Positions 1 to 12,150 of a DNA stretch of 36,671 bases are shown here, piece after piece (positions within the stretch are counted from its first letter, which is position 1; every line of letters begins with the position of its first letter). The notes under the pieces were generated by a model. That model ran no database searches. It worked only from the letters and a program-made list of their open reading frames with translations, and was not told where the DNA came from. The stretch is from Thermoanaerobaculia bacterium (lineage in GTDB: Bacteria > Acidobacteriota > Thermoanaerobaculia > Multivoradales > UBA5704), in NCBI GenBank assembly GCA_044226625.1, contig JBGAGQ010000062.1, positions 1 through 36,671 on the forward strand. The letters run 5' to 3'. Position numbers and translations under genes: made by a program.

Positions 1-455
1 CCCCAGCCCAGCCCCGAGATCTTTCCGATGTTGTCCGCCCGGGAGATCTCCGGCAGGAACGCCGCGGTCAGGTTCTCGCCGAAAGAAAAGCCGACGAACG
101 AGAGAACGAAGAGGGCGAGCCCGAGCGCCGCGTGCCCCGGCGTGACGAACCAGAGCAGGGCCGTACCCGTGACGCAGATCGCGTACGTGGCGAACAGGAA
201 AGGTTTCTTCCTTCCGGAGTCGTCCGCGACCGCGCCCACCATCGGCGAAAGCAGGAGGACGAAGAGGTTGGCGAGCGCGATCGCGCTGCCCCAGAGCGCG
301 TCCCCTCGACCCACCGGGGCGATCAGCTTCGAGAAGAAGACGCCATAGGCGACCGTGACGATGATCGTCGTATAGCTCGAGTTGGCGAAATCGAACATCG
401 CCCAGCCGAAGATCTCGCGCGGGCGGACCGGAGGAACCTCTCGGGGATTGGGCAT
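1..455 (-). CDS. MFS transporter, UMF1/ATG22-like family (5' part; runs off window start)
   Basis: Not in ORF track. Manual translation from ATG at 455: MPNPREVPPVRPREIFGWAMFDFANSSYTTIIVTV...LSPMVGAVADDSGRKK...FLPEISRADNIGKISGLGW. The WAxxDFANS and GAxADxxGRKK motifs are typical of this MFS group. Confidence 0.85.
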   Translation of the reverse strand, partial: MPNPREVPPVRPREIFGWAMFDFANSSYTTIIVTVAYGVFFSKLIAPVGRGDALWGSAIALANLFVLLLSPMVGAVADDSGRKKPFLFATYAICVTGTALLWFVTPGHAALGLALFVLSFVGFSFGENLTAAFLPEISRADNIGKISGLGW

Positions 456-502
456 TCGGCGGATCTTATCCTCGGTCGGGCGCGGGCCGGCGTCCGAACG
501 CC

Positions 503-2497
503 TTAGGGCTCCGAGGCGAGAGCCTGCCGCACCTTTCCCGGATCGGCCACCACCGAGGCGCCGTGGAGGAGCCAGCGCCGCGCCTCGGCCGGGTCGCCGC
601 GCCGGCCCGCGCTCGCGGCGAGCGCGAGATACCCTCGGGTGAAACGAGGATCGACCTCGAGGGCCTTTCGATACGAGGCTTCCGCCTCCTCCCTCCGATC
701 GAGCGATTCCAAGGCTACGCCCCGGTAGTACCAAGCGGCGACCAGGTTGTCGCGCAACGCGACGGCTCGATCGAGGGTGGCGAGCGCCCCTTTCGGGTCG
801 TGTGGGACGAGAAGCAGACCGAGGTTGAACAGGCTTTCCGGTCGCGCCGGGGCACCGCTCTTCTCCCCGGCCGCGAGCACCGCGCGGAGCGTCGCGATCG
901 CCTCCTCGTCCCTGCCTTGAGCGGCCAGCGCGATGCCGAGCCATTCGAGCGCCAGCGGCCGCCCGGGAGAGCGGCCGAGGACTCCGCGGAGCGTCCGCTC
1001 CGCCGCCGCGAAGCGCCGAGCCTGGAGCTGCCCCTCCGCGAGGTCGAGATAGGGCTCGACCTCGGTAGGTTTCCCGAGATCGAGCATCGCCTCTAGGCGA
1101 TCGACCGCAGCGTCGCTCCGGACTGCGCGCACGGCCGTCGCCGCCCGGTAGACCTCGGCGAGCGCGCCGGGGACCCGGCCGGACTCGAGCAGGCGAAGAG
1201 CGGTGATCTCCGGGTCCTTTTCGGCGCGTGGGGCGACGAGATCGACTCCCGGTTTCGGGATCTGAATCTCGTGGTCGGTCATCACCGCGTGGACCACGTC
1301 GCTCGGCCGGCGCCGGGGCATGTGGCAAGTGACGCAATCGGCCGCGATCGTCGCGTTGGGACTCTCTTTGGCGATCCCGCACGCCTCGGGCTGATGTCCC
1401 TCGTGGCAGGCGAGGCAGACCGAGGCGTAATGCTCCGCGCGCTCGGTCGACGGGACCTTTCGGTGCGGATCGTGGCACGAGAGGCACGAGAGGTCTCCGC
1501 TTTTCACGTAGCAGCGGCTTTGGCGAAGCCGGTAGGCATGGTGGTTGATCTCGAACCGGCCGCCGGGCGCGACGCCCTCTTCTTCGACGTCGACCGCGAC
1601 CTGGTACTCCGCGAGATCCTGTCCGGGCCGAAACGACCAGTCTCCGACGCCGTACCGACGCAGCCCTTGGAGGGCGACCGACGGCTGGAGATGGCACTGG
1701 AAGCAGACGTCCTCCATCCGCGGCTTGGGCAAAGCGCCGGGATCGACGATTGCTTTTCGGACAGCCTCGCCTCCTTTCGGAGCGAGAATCGCGCGCCGGA
1801 CGTGCTCCGCCCCGGGACCGTGGCAGCGTTGGCAACCGATCCCCTCCGGGAGCCGTTCCGGGAACGTCTGCGGCGCGTCGTGGAAGTCGCTTCCGAGCGG
1901 CGCGTCCGGATAGGCGTCGTGGCAGAACATGCACTCCCGACGCACGCGGCGCCGGACGCCCTCGTGGTCGGGGCGGTCGAATCCGGGAGCCATCCCCCAG
2001 CGGCCCTCGAGGGCATACCAGGCGATCGGCAGTTGGTAGAGCTCGCCTCCTTCGGTTCGATAGAGGTAGGTCCGCGCGTGATTGCCCGAGCCCAGAATCC
2101 AGGCGACCTCGCGTTCCCAGACGTTGATCGGCCGGCCCGACAGATCCTTTTGGTCGCGGCGAAACCAGAGCCGATCGCCGCGCCAGGCCATCTCGTACGA
2201 CTCCTTCGACGCGGCATGGGTAAAACCGCCGGCCGCGAAGTCCTCGATCTTTGGGGCGGTGGCCGGGCGCGCGAACGAGCGCGCCATGCCCACCTGCTGA
2301 TAGGAGGTCCAGACCTCCCGGTGGCAGTCGGCGCAAACGCGGTCCTCGACGTAGCCCGGGGCCGCGCCCGTCGTGACCGCGATCCGCCGGGAGACGAGCG
2401 GGTCTGCGTCCGGCGCCGCCGCGCCGAGGGAACCCAGGCCTAATCCGAGAAAGAGAAGCCCGAGCAACCGAGGCCTTCGAATCCTGGTGAAACACAT
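503..2497 (-). CDS. Exported multiheme cytochrome c (c554-like) with C-terminal TPR repeats
   Basis: N-terminal signal peptide. Seven CxxCH motifs (CADCH, CMFCH, CQRCH, CFQCH, CLSCH, CLACH, CVTCH). C-terminal TPR-like helices (AWYYRGVALESLDRREEAEASYRKALEVDP). Confidence 0.85.
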   Translation of the reverse strand: MCFTRIRRPRLLGLLFLGLGLGSLGAAAPDADPLVSRRIAVTTGAAPGYVEDRVCADCHREVWTSYQQVGMARSFARPATAPKIEDFAAGGFTHAASKESYEMAWRGDRLWFRRDQKDLSGRPINVWEREVAWILGSGNHARTYLYRTEGGELYQLPIAWYALEGRWGMAPGFDRPDHEGVRRRVRRECMFCHDAYPDAPLGSDFHDAPQTFPERLPEGIGCQRCHGPGAEHVRRAILAPKGGEAVRKAIVDPGALPKPRMEDVCFQCHLQPSVALQGLRRYGVGDWSFRPGQDLAEYQVAVDVEEEGVAPGGRFEINHHAYRLRQSRCYVKSGDLSCLSCHDPHRKVPSTERAEHYASVCLACHEGHQPEACGIAKESPNATIAADCVTCHMPRRRPSDVVHAVMTDHEIQIPKPGVDLVAPRAEKDPEITALRLLESGRVPGALAEVYRAATAVRAVRSDAAVDRLEAMLDLGKPTEVEPYLDLAEGQLQARRFAAAERTLRGVLGRSPGRPLALEWLGIALAAQGRDEEAIATLRAVLAAGEKSGAPARPESLFNLGLLLVPHDPKGALATLDRAVALRDNLVAAWYYRGVALESLDRREEAEASYRKALEVDPRFTRGYLALAASAGRRGDPAEARRWLLHGASVVADPGKVRQALASEP

Positions 2498-2626
2498 TTC
2501 AAGGCGATGCTACCGCCGTTCGGCGTACCTGCGCCGGGCGAGCGGCTGGCGTTGACGCCGGCCTCCTCCACCCCCTACGCTCTGCCGCGCTTTTCAACCT
2601 CTCAAGACCGGTATCGGAAACCTCGC

Positions 2627-3202
2627 ATGGGCAAAGGACGGCTCGAAGCGTTCAGCGACGGAGTGATCGCCATCATCATCACGATCATGGTGCTCGAGCT
2701 CAAGGTACCTCACGGCGCCGATCTCGCGGCACTGCGCGAGCTATCGCCGGTTTTCTTGAGTTACGTGTTGAGCTTCGTCTACGTCGGGATCTACTGGAAC
2801 AACCACCACCATCTGTTCCACGTCGTCCACAAGGTCAACGGTCGGATCCTCTGGGCCAACCTCCATCTCCTGTTCTGGCTGTCGCTCACCCCGTTCGTCA
2901 CCGGCTGGATGGGCGAAAACCACTTCGCTCCGCTGCCCGTGGCCCTCTACGGAGTCAACCTCCTCATGGCGGCGATCAGCTACACGATCCTGGTGCGCGC
3001 GCTGCTCGCCCATCACGGCCAGGAATCCTTGCTCGCGCAAGCGATCGGTCGGGATTTCAAGGGATACGTCTCGCTCGCCCTCTACGCCATGGCGATCCCC
3101 CTCTCGTTCGTCAACCCCTGGATCGGCTTCTCGCTCTACGTCCTCGTCGCGATCATCTGGTTCGCCCCCGACCGGCGGATCGAAAAGAAGATCGCGGAGT
3201 GA
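2627..3202 (+). CDS. TMEM175-family (DUF1211) potassium channel
   Basis: MGKGRLEAFSDGVIAIIITIMVLEL signature and YWNNHH motif; hydrophobic helices. Start re-assigned to ATG 2627. Confidence 0.9.
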   Translation: MGKGRLEAFSDGVIAIIITIMVLELKVPHGADLAALRELSPVFLSYVLSFVYVGIYWNNHHHLFHVVHKVNGRILWANLHLLFWLSLTPFVTGWMGENHFAPLPVALYGVNLLMAAISYTILVRALLAHHGQESLLAQAIGRDFKGYVSLALYAMAIPLSFVNPWIGFSLYVLVAIIWFAPDRRIEKKIAE

Positions 3203-3305
3203 TCCGAACAGACGCGGTCACGTTTCATGGAGGGGATGCACATCCTTTCATTGGGGCCTGACCCGATCCGGTACGGTGGCGACGTCGAGACCCCAGGAGG
3301 CGGAG

Positions 3306-3461
3306 ATGAGAAAACGGAAGCTCCATCTGCACCGCGAGACCGTGAAGGCCCTCGCTTCGGTCGAACCCCTCGCCGGCGCCCGGCCCGATCCGGCGACCAG
3401 CCCCACGCTCTGCTTTACCTGTCCCTGTCCGCCATCGATCTTTACCGATTGCGGTTTCTGA
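3306..3461 (+). CDS. Putative RiPP (lanthipeptide-type) precursor peptide, 51 aa
   Basis: GGAGG upstream of ATG 3306. MRKRKLHLHRETVKALASVEPLAGA-RPDPATSPTLCFTCPCPPSIFTDCGF has an LxLxRx5L leader, a GA junction and a core with 4 Cys and 6 Ser/Thr. Confidence 0.7.
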   Translation: MRKRKLHLHRETVKALASVEPLAGARPDPATSPTLCFTCPCPPSIFTDCGF

Positions 3462-3958
3462 GGTCCGCGGGGAGAGTCCCCCGACGGGAAGCACCCCGTC
3501 GGCTCGAGGGCGTCGGGGGACCGCTTGCGATCCTGCTCCTCGCTTTTCTCGTTCTCGGCTGCGCCTCGGCTCCGCGCGGCCCAGCGGAACCGGTTCGCGC
3601 CGCACTCGACGGTTTCGTGTCGGCCCTCAACGCCTTGGACGTCGATCGGATCGCCAGCTATCTCGCCGACGACGTCACCGCGTTCGTCCCGTCGGCCCAA
3701 GGCGGACGGGTGGAAGGCAAACCAGCGCTGGTCGAGATCTTCCGAGCCTATTGCGAATCGACCCGCAAGGCCCCGCAGCGCCCCACGATCGTCCCTCAAG
3801 ACGTGACCCTCGACCGGGTCGGTTCGGTTGCCCTGGTCACCTTCCAGGTACCCCAGCCGGCGGGAGTCGCCCGGCGGACGTTCGTGTTCCGAAACCAGAA
3901 AGGGCGCTGGCTGATCGCCCATTTCCACGCCTCGAATTTCGCCACGGCGCCGAAGTAA
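3449..3958 (+). CDS. Putative lipoprotein with SnoaL/NTF2-like (DUF4440-type) domain
   Basis: Hydrophobic stretch plus lipobox LVLGC; ALNALDVDRIASYLADDV...RRTFVFRNQKGRWLIAHFHAS NTF2-like pattern. Start uncertain: in-frame TTG at 3449 chosen because the listed ATG 3227 overlaps the peptide gene. Confidence 0.7.
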   Translation: MRFLRSAGRVPRREAPRRLEGVGGPLAILLLAFLVLGCASAPRGPAEPVRAALDGFVSALNALDVDRIASYLADDVTAFVPSAQGGRVEGKPALVEIFRAYCESTRKAPQRPTIVPQDVTLDRVGSVALVTFQVPQPAGVARRTFVFRNQKGRWLIAHFHASNFATAPK

Positions 3959-4033
3959 GACCTCTTGGCACCCGGCCTTTCCTACCCTCCGGGCGGTTGC
4001 CTTTCCCGATCGGTCGCGGTAGAACCCTGAGCC

Positions 4034-5020
4034 ATGTCTTTCCCCGCCACCCGACTCCGTCGTTTTCGCCGCACTCCGACCCTGCGCCGCTTGATCCGCG
4101 AGACGCGTCTTTCCGCCGATGACTTCGTGCTTCCTCTGTTCGTCTGCCCGGGAGATGGTGTGCGCCACCCCGTAGGCTCGATGCCCGGCGTCTTTCGCGA
4201 GTCGGTCGACCGGCTGGTCGAGACCTGCGAGGCGGCCTGGTCCGAAGGGATCCGCGCGATCATCCTGTTCGGCATCCCGGAAGAGAAGGACCCCATCGGC
4301 AGCAGCTCCTGGAGCGACGAGGGCATCGTCCAGCAGGCGTTCCGCGCATTGCGCGCGAAGCTGCCCGATCTGGTCCTGATCGCAGACGTCTGCTTCTGCG
4401 AATACACCGACCACGGACACTGCGGCGTGCTTCGCGACGGCCACGTGGCGAACGACGAGACGGTGGAGAACCTCGCCCGCCAGGCGGTGTCGCTCGCCCG
4501 AGCCGGCGCCGATGTGATCGCCCCTTCCGACATGATGGACGGCCGGATCGGCGCGATCCGGCACGCGCTCGACGAGGCGGGATTCCCCGACGTGGCGATC
4601 CTCGCCTACGCGGTCAAGTTCGCGAGCGGCTTCTACGGTCCGTTCCGCGAGGCCGCCGGCTCGACGCCTTCGTTCGGCGACCGGCGGGGCTATCAGATGG
4701 ATCCCGCGAACGGCCGCGAGGCGATGCGCGAAGCCGCGCTCGACGTGGACGAGGGGGCCGACGCGCTGATGGTCAAACCGGCGCTCCCCTACCTCGACGT
4801 CCTCGCGGAGCTCCGGCGGCGGTTCGACCTGCCGCTCGCGGCGTACCACGTGAGCGGCGAGTACGCGATGATCAAAGCGGCGGCCGAGAAAGGCTGGATC
4901 GATGGCGACCGCGTGATGATGGAGAGCCTGGTGGCGATCAAGCGCGCTGGGGCCGACCTGATCCTCACCTACTGCGCCCGTGACGCAGCCCGCCTGTTGC
5001 GCGAAGGATGGGCCGAGTGA
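4034..5020 (+). CDS. hemB: Porphobilinogen synthase (delta-aminolevulinate dehydratase)
   Basis: [14 protein letters not shown] Zn site, [33 protein letters not shown]. Confidence 0.98.
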   Translation: MSFPATRLRRFRRTPTLRRLIRETRLSADDFVLPLFVCPGDGVRHPVGSMPGVFRESVDRLVETCEAAWSEGIRAIILFGIPEEKDPIGSSSWSDEGIVQQAFRALRAKLPDLVLIADVCFCEYTDHGHCGVLRDGHVANDETVENLARQAVSLARAGADVIAPSDMMDGRIGAIRHALDEAGFPDVAILAYAVKFASGFYGPFREAAGSTPSFGDRRGYQMDPANGREAMREAALDVDEGADALMVKPALPYLDVLAELRRRFDLPLAAYHVSGEYAMIKAAAEKGWIDGDRVMMESLVAIKRAGADLILTYCARDAARLLREGWAE

Positions 5021-6294
5021 TGGCGAGCCTGCTCGAACGCGCGTCCCGCGTGCTGCCCGGCGGCGTCAACTCCCCCGTCCGCGCCTTCCGCGGCGTCGGC
5101 GGCGAGCCGGTCTTCGTCCAAGCGGCCGAGGGGGCCTGGCTCCGCGGCGAGGACGGCCGCCGCTACCTCGATTTCATCGGCGGCTACGGTCCGCATATCC
5201 TCGGCCACCGGCACCCGGCGATTCTCGAAGCGGTGGGCGAGGCGCTCGGCCGCGGTACCACGTTCGGAGCGCCGACTTTGCGAGAGGTCGAGCTGGCGGA
5301 ACGGATCGTCGAGGCGATGCCCTCGGTCGAGATGGTCCGCATGGTGAGCTCGGGGACCGAGGCGACGATGTCGGCCTTACGGCTCGCCCGGGCGGCCACC
5401 GGACGGTCGAGCTTCGTCAAGTTCGTCGGCTGCTATCACGGCCACGCGGATCCGTTCCTGGTCGCGGCGGGATCGGGCGCCGCGACGATCGGCGTCCCGT
5501 CGTCGCCCGGCGTTCCCGAGGCGGTGATCGAGGACACCCTGCTCGCCCCCTACAACGACCTCGCCCAGGTCGAGGCGCTGTTCGCCGAGCGGGGGACGAC
5601 GATCGCCGCGGTGATCGTCGAGCCGATCGCCGGCAACATGAACCTGGTGCCGCCAGACCCCGGCTTCCTCGCCGGGCTGCGCGCGCTTTGCGACGCCCAT
5701 GGGGCGCTCCTGATCTTCGACGAGGTGATGACCGGCTTCCGGGTCGCCTGGGGCGGAGCGCAGGCGCTGTTCGGCATCCGGCCCGATCTCACCACCCTGG
5801 GCAAGGTGATCGGCGGCGGTCTGCCGCTCGCGGCCTACGGAGGCCGGCGCGACCTGATGCTCCAGATCGCGCCCGCCGGACCGGTCTACCAGGCGGGAAC
5901 GCTCTCGGGCAATCCGCTCGCGGTCGCGGCGGGAGGCGCGGCGCTCGCCGTCTTGAGCCGGCCGGAGACCTCGGCCTACGAGCGTTTGGAGTCGATCGGG
6001 GCGAGGATTCAGGCGGGATTCGAAGCGGCGGCGCGGCGCCACGGCGTACCGTTTACGCTGCATCGCCAGGGCTCGATGCTCGGCCTTTTCTTCTCCGACC
6101 GCCCGATCCGCCACATGGCGGACGTCGAGGCGACCGACCGGGCTCGGTTCAATCGCGTCTTCCACCGCTTGCTCGATCTCGGCCTCCACCTTCCGCCCTC
6201 GGCTTTCGAGGCCTGCTTCCTCTCGCTCGCCCACGGCGACGAGGAGATCGCGTTCGCCGTCGACGCCTTCGAGCGCGCGCTCGCGGCGGAGTGA
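5020..6294 (+). CDS. hemL: Glutamate-1-semialdehyde 2,1-aminomutase
   Basis: PGGVNSPVRAF, SGTEATMSA, YHGH, FDEVMTGFR, GKVIGGGLP, YQAGTLSGNP. ATG overlaps the hemB stop codon. Confidence 0.98.
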   Translation: MASLLERASRVLPGGVNSPVRAFRGVGGEPVFVQAAEGAWLRGEDGRRYLDFIGGYGPHILGHRHPAILEAVGEALGRGTTFGAPTLREVELAERIVEAMPSVEMVRMVSSGTEATMSALRLARAATGRSSFVKFVGCYHGHADPFLVAAGSGAATIGVPSSPGVPEAVIEDTLLAPYNDLAQVEALFAERGTTIAAVIVEPIAGNMNLVPPDPGFLAGLRALCDAHGALLIFDEVMTGFRVAWGGAQALFGIRPDLTTLGKVIGGGLPLAAYGGRRDLMLQIAPAGPVYQAGTLSGNPLAVAAGGAALAVLSRPETSAYERLESIGARIQAGFEAAARRHGVPFTLHRQGSMLGLFFSDRPIRHMADVEATDRARFNRVFHRLLDLGLHLPPSAFEACFLSLAHGDEEIAFAVDAFERALAAE

Positions 6295-6422
6295 AGCGTG
6301 ACGGCGTGGATCGAGATCGATTCGGCCTGTGCTACGGTTCGGCAAGCCTCGGATCGGTATAAGATTTTGCTCGGCGGGAGGACTCCTCCCCCGAGAGTTT
6401 GCAGCCTCCAGGAGGGCTTCGA

Positions 6423-6677
6423 ATGACGCACATCATCGCGGAACCCTGCGTCGGCGTGAAAGACACCGCCTGCGTCGATGTCTGCCCCGTCGATTGCATC
6501 TACGGCAAGGGCGAGGATTGGGAAATGCTCTACATCCATCCCGAGGAGTGCATCGATTGCGGACTCTGCATCGATGCCTGCCCGGTGCAGGCGATCTTCC
6601 CGCTCGAGGAAGTACCCGACAAGTGGAAGAACTTCGTCGCCAAGAATTACGAGCACTTCGGCTTCACCCCTCCGTGA
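6423..6677 (+). CDS. Dicluster (FdxA-like) ferredoxin
   Basis: MTHIIAEPCVGVKDTACVDVCPVDCI...PEECIDCGLCIDACPVQAIF; GGAGG upstream of ATG 6423. Confidence 0.93.
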   Translation: MTHIIAEPCVGVKDTACVDVCPVDCIYGKGEDWEMLYIHPEECIDCGLCIDACPVQAIFPLEEVPDKWKNFVAKNYEHFGFTPP

Positions 6678-6714
6678 CGTAGGCCGGCCTCGAGCCGGCC
6701 CACAGAAGCTTCCG

Positions 6715-6750
6715 AGAGAGACGCGGTTCCCGCGTCTCTCTTTTTTTGTT
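6715..6750 (+). terminator. Intrinsic terminator after ferredoxin
   Basis: Perfect 12-bp stem AGAGAGACGCGG/CCGCGTCTCTCT, 3-nt loop, followed by a T-run. Confidence 0.85.
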
Positions 6751-6769
6751 TTCCCTGCCCCCCGTGGGA

Positions 6770-6819
6770 ATGACAAAATCTGCGCGCCGGTTCTATAACT
6801 TGAGCGCGCTCCGCTCAAA
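6770..6819 (+). promoter_or_regulatory. Sigma70-like promoter with overlapping HAIR-like (HspR) operator
   Basis: ATGACA (6770-6775), 18 bp, TATAAC (6794-6799). CTTGAGC-N7-GCTCAAA (6799-6819) compared with the HAIR consensus CTTGAGT-N7-ACTCAAG; lies upstream of the dnaJ-like gene and clpB. Confidence 0.65.
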
Positions 6820-6843
6820 TTGAAGCTTCGCGAGGAGGGTGCC

Positions 6844-7800
6844 TTGGAGTACAAGGACTACTACGAGACGCTGGGGGTCAAGCGCGACGCGACCCAAGAG
6901 GAGATTCAGAAGGCGTACCGAAAGCTCGCGCGCAAGCTCCACCCGGACGTCAACAAAGACCCCAAGGCGGAAGCTCGCTTCAAGGAGATCGGGGAAGCGA
7001 ACGAGGTCCTGAAGGATCCCGAGAAGCGAAAGAAATACGACCAGTACGGCTCCGCCTGGAAGACCGCCCAGCAGACGGGTACCCCGCCTCCCGGTTGGGA
7101 AGGGTTCGACTTCTCCGGCGGAGGTTTCGGCGGCGGTTTCGGCGGCGGCGGAGAGGGCTTCAGCTCGTTCTTCGACATGCTGTTCGGCGGCGGCGGTCCC
7201 GGCCGCGGCGGCATGCGCGGAGGTTGGACCTCTCAAGGGAGTCCCGGGGGAGCGTTCGGGCGCGACGGCGAGAGCGCCGAGGTCGCCCTGGAGATCACGC
7301 TCGAGGAGGCGCTCGAGGGGGGATCGCGCGAGCTTCAGCTCACCGACCCCCGCACCGGCCGCTCGCGCTCGGTCTCGGTGAAGATCCCGAAAGGGATCCG
7401 CGCCGGCCAGAAGATTCGCCTGGCGGGGCAAGGTTCGCCCGGGGTGGGCAAGGGGCAAGCGGGAAACCTGTTCCTGCGGATCGAGCTTCAGCCTCACTCC
7501 CGTTTCCAGGTGGACGGCTCGAATCTGACCGTCGCCGTTCCCCTCGCTCCCTGGGAGGCGGCCCTGGGCGCGGAGGCGGAGGTCGAGACCCTCGACGGCA
7601 CCGTCCGCCTTCGGGTGCCGCCGGGGACCTCCTCCGGACGCAAGGTCCGGTTGCGCGGCAAGGGTCTGCCGCAACCGGGGTCGGACCGAGGAGATCTGTA
7701 CGCGGAATTCAAGATCGTCATGCCGGATTCGCTCTCCGAGCGCGAGCGCTCCCTGTTCGAGCAGCTCGCGAACGAGTCGGAGTTCCGGCCGCGCGGTTAG
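6844..7800 (+). CDS. Class II J-domain co-chaperone (CbpA/DnaJ-like, no Zn finger)
   Basis: KDYYETLGV...[15 protein letters not shown]-domain, G/F-rich linker, DnaJ C-terminal domain, no CxxCxGxG repeats. TTG start at 6844 behind GAGGAGG. Confidence 0.92.
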   Translation: MEYKDYYETLGVKRDATQEEIQKAYRKLARKLHPDVNKDPKAEARFKEIGEANEVLKDPEKRKKYDQYGSAWKTAQQTGTPPPGWEGFDFSGGGFGGGFGGGGEGFSSFFDMLFGGGGPGRGGMRGGWTSQGSPGGAFGRDGESAEVALEITLEEALEGGSRELQLTDPRTGRSRSVSVKIPKGIRAGQKIRLAGQGSPGVGKGQAGNLFLRIELQPHSRFQVDGSNLTVAVPLAPWEAALGAEAEVETLDGTVRLRVPPGTSSGRKVRLRGKGLPQPGSDRGDLYAEFKIVMPDSLSERERSLFEQLANESEFRPRG

Positions 7801-7830
7801 AGAGCTAGAGAGAAGCTCCGGAGGAGAGCC

Positions 7831-10458
<2,628 letters not shown>

Positions 10459-10506
10459 TCGGAAATTGCGAGCTACGAGCCCGGCGAGGTCATCGCCCGC
10501 CGGGTT

Positions 10507-11181
10507 CTACGCTTTTCCTCGCCGGCGCCGGTCCCACCCCACCGCGAAGAGAATCGCGAGCAGCGCGCCGCCGCTCGCGAGCGCCATGTCCTTGTGGGCG
10601 TCCCAGACATCCCCTTGCGTACCGAGGTAGGCCATGCCGAGGCCGCCGCCGAACACCGCCGAGGCGCCCCATTCGATCAGCTCGTAGAGCGCCGAGGAGG
10701 AGACCATGATGTCGAGCGGCAGGAAGTAGCTCCAGAAGCCGCGAACGCCCGCCTTCGGCACCACCAGCTCTCGCAGGGGCAGCGCGAGCAGCAGGCCGTA
10801 GCCGAAGTGGATCACCCGATCGAAATTGTTGCGTTCCCAACCGACCAGCGAGTTGAAGGTCGAGCCCGTGAGCGCCTTCCACCACGCGTCGTACGGCACC
10901 TCGGCGTACGTGTAATGGGCGCCCACCTCGTGTAGGCAGAGGAAGACGAAGATCAAAGTGTAGGAGATGGTCGACAGCCGAGCCCGGCGCCACGTCCAGG
11001 TGACGAAGAGCACGGCGGCGACCACCAGAGCGTTTTCGAGCAGCCAATCGTGGCGATCGAACGGGCGGATCGCGAGCACCACCCAGAGCACGGCGAACAG
11101 AGCGGTGAGCGTCGCCACATAGCGACCGCTCGCCGGAACGATCGCCGCGGGTGGGCCTTTGGAACGGGATGGGCGGCTCAT
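10507..11181 (-). CDS. DUF2238 (YjdF-like) inner membrane protein
   Basis: DWLLEN, LHEVGAHYTYAEVP, RNNFDRVIHF, YELIEW, GTQGDVWDAHKDM motifs. Confidence 0.9.
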   Translation of the reverse strand: MSRPSRSKGPPAAIVPASGRYVATLTALFAVLWVVLAIRPFDRHDWLLENALVVAAVLFVTWTWRRARLSTISYTLIFVFLCLHEVGAHYTYAEVPYDAWWKALTGSTFNSLVGWERNNFDRVIHFGYGLLLALPLRELVVPKAGVRGFWSYFLPLDIMVSSSALYELIEWGASAVFGGGLGMAYLGTQGDVWDAHKDMALASGGALLAILFAVGWDRRRRGKA

Positions 11182-11280
11182 GGGCGGCTCGATCGCAGAT
11201 CGCTCCCAAAAATTCGCATCGATGCCGCCTATGTTATGCCATGGAGCCTATCTCGCCCGTGACGCAGAGCGGCGAGTGGG

Positions 11281-12090
11281 TCAACGCCCCAACGCGCGGC
11301 GCCAGCTCCCGCCCACGAGGCTTCCCCCCAAGACCGCCACCAACCCCAACAGCGCGGTCGCCATGGCGATCCGCGGATGGCTCCAATCGACCTGCTCCGA
11401 GAAACGGCTCACCTGGAGTGCGGCCACGGGAAGCAGCAGGACCAGGAAGGGCGAGACGATCCGCACCCGGTCGCGATCGTTCTCCCGCGCCATCGAGAGC
11501 ATCATCGTGCCGAGCAGCAGGAAGTAGCCGGAGAGAGCGCGCGCGTTGAGCGGCGTGATCTTCCACGGCGCGAAGTTCGAGAAATAGGCCGGATGGAGCA
11601 AGCCGATCACCGCCTCGATCGTAATGGCAGCCCCGATCACGATCAGCCCGGTCCGCACCCAACGGGGCAAGGGAGATTCCGCGACGATCGGATCGGCGCG
11701 CCGCTGCTGCCACAGGTAGCAGCCGAGGAATACCGGCGGCGGCAAGAGGTAGCTCGCGAACCAGATGTTGAACGCCCCGGTGCCGTGGGCGAACCGATCC
11801 CAGTGAACGAACGTAACCACCAGTTGGGCGAACGTGAAGAGCATGCCGGGCAGGACGAACACGCGAACCATCTCCCAACGCCGGGCAAACAGCGCCAAGA
11901 GGACGACCGGCCCGAGCGCGATGTAGAACGCGCCGAACAGCGAGGCCATCACCTCCGGCTTGATCGTCCAGGCAAAGCTCGTGGCCGTCTCCGCGGGACG
12001 CACCGCGACGGTGGACGTGGCGGCGAGCGCGAAGAAGAGCTCCACCAGGAACCAAAAACGGAGCGGCCAACCGATGGGTGTGGAACGCAT
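11281..12090 (-). CDS. Uncharacterised polytopic membrane protein (about 8 TM, internally duplicated)
   Basis: Hydrophobic throughout; two related modules FAWTIKPEVMASLFGAFY and APWKITPLNARALSGYF; GAGGAG RBS. Confidence 0.8.
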   Translation of the reverse strand: MRSTPIGWPLRFWFLVELFFALAATSTVAVRPAETATSFAWTIKPEVMASLFGAFYIALGPVVLLALFARRWEMVRVFVLPGMLFTFAQLVVTFVHWDRFAHGTGAFNIWFASYLLPPPVFLGCYLWQQRRADPIVAESPLPRWVRTGLIVIGAAITIEAVIGLLHPAYFSNFAPWKITPLNARALSGYFLLLGTMMLSMARENDRDRVRIVSPFLVLLLPVAALQVSRFSEQVDWSHPRIAMATALLGLVAVLGGSLVGGSWRRALGR

Positions 12091-12150
12091 GGATCTCCTC
12101 GCGCTCGAGAGAGCCGGTAGGGCTGGTTAGAAAAAGGCGGCCGGCCGCGC

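Noticed and set aside
3227-3448. N-terminal 74 aa of the listed 243-aa ORF
   Set aside because: Not protein-like, places the lipobox too far from the start, and overlaps a better-supported peptide gene with a strong RBS.
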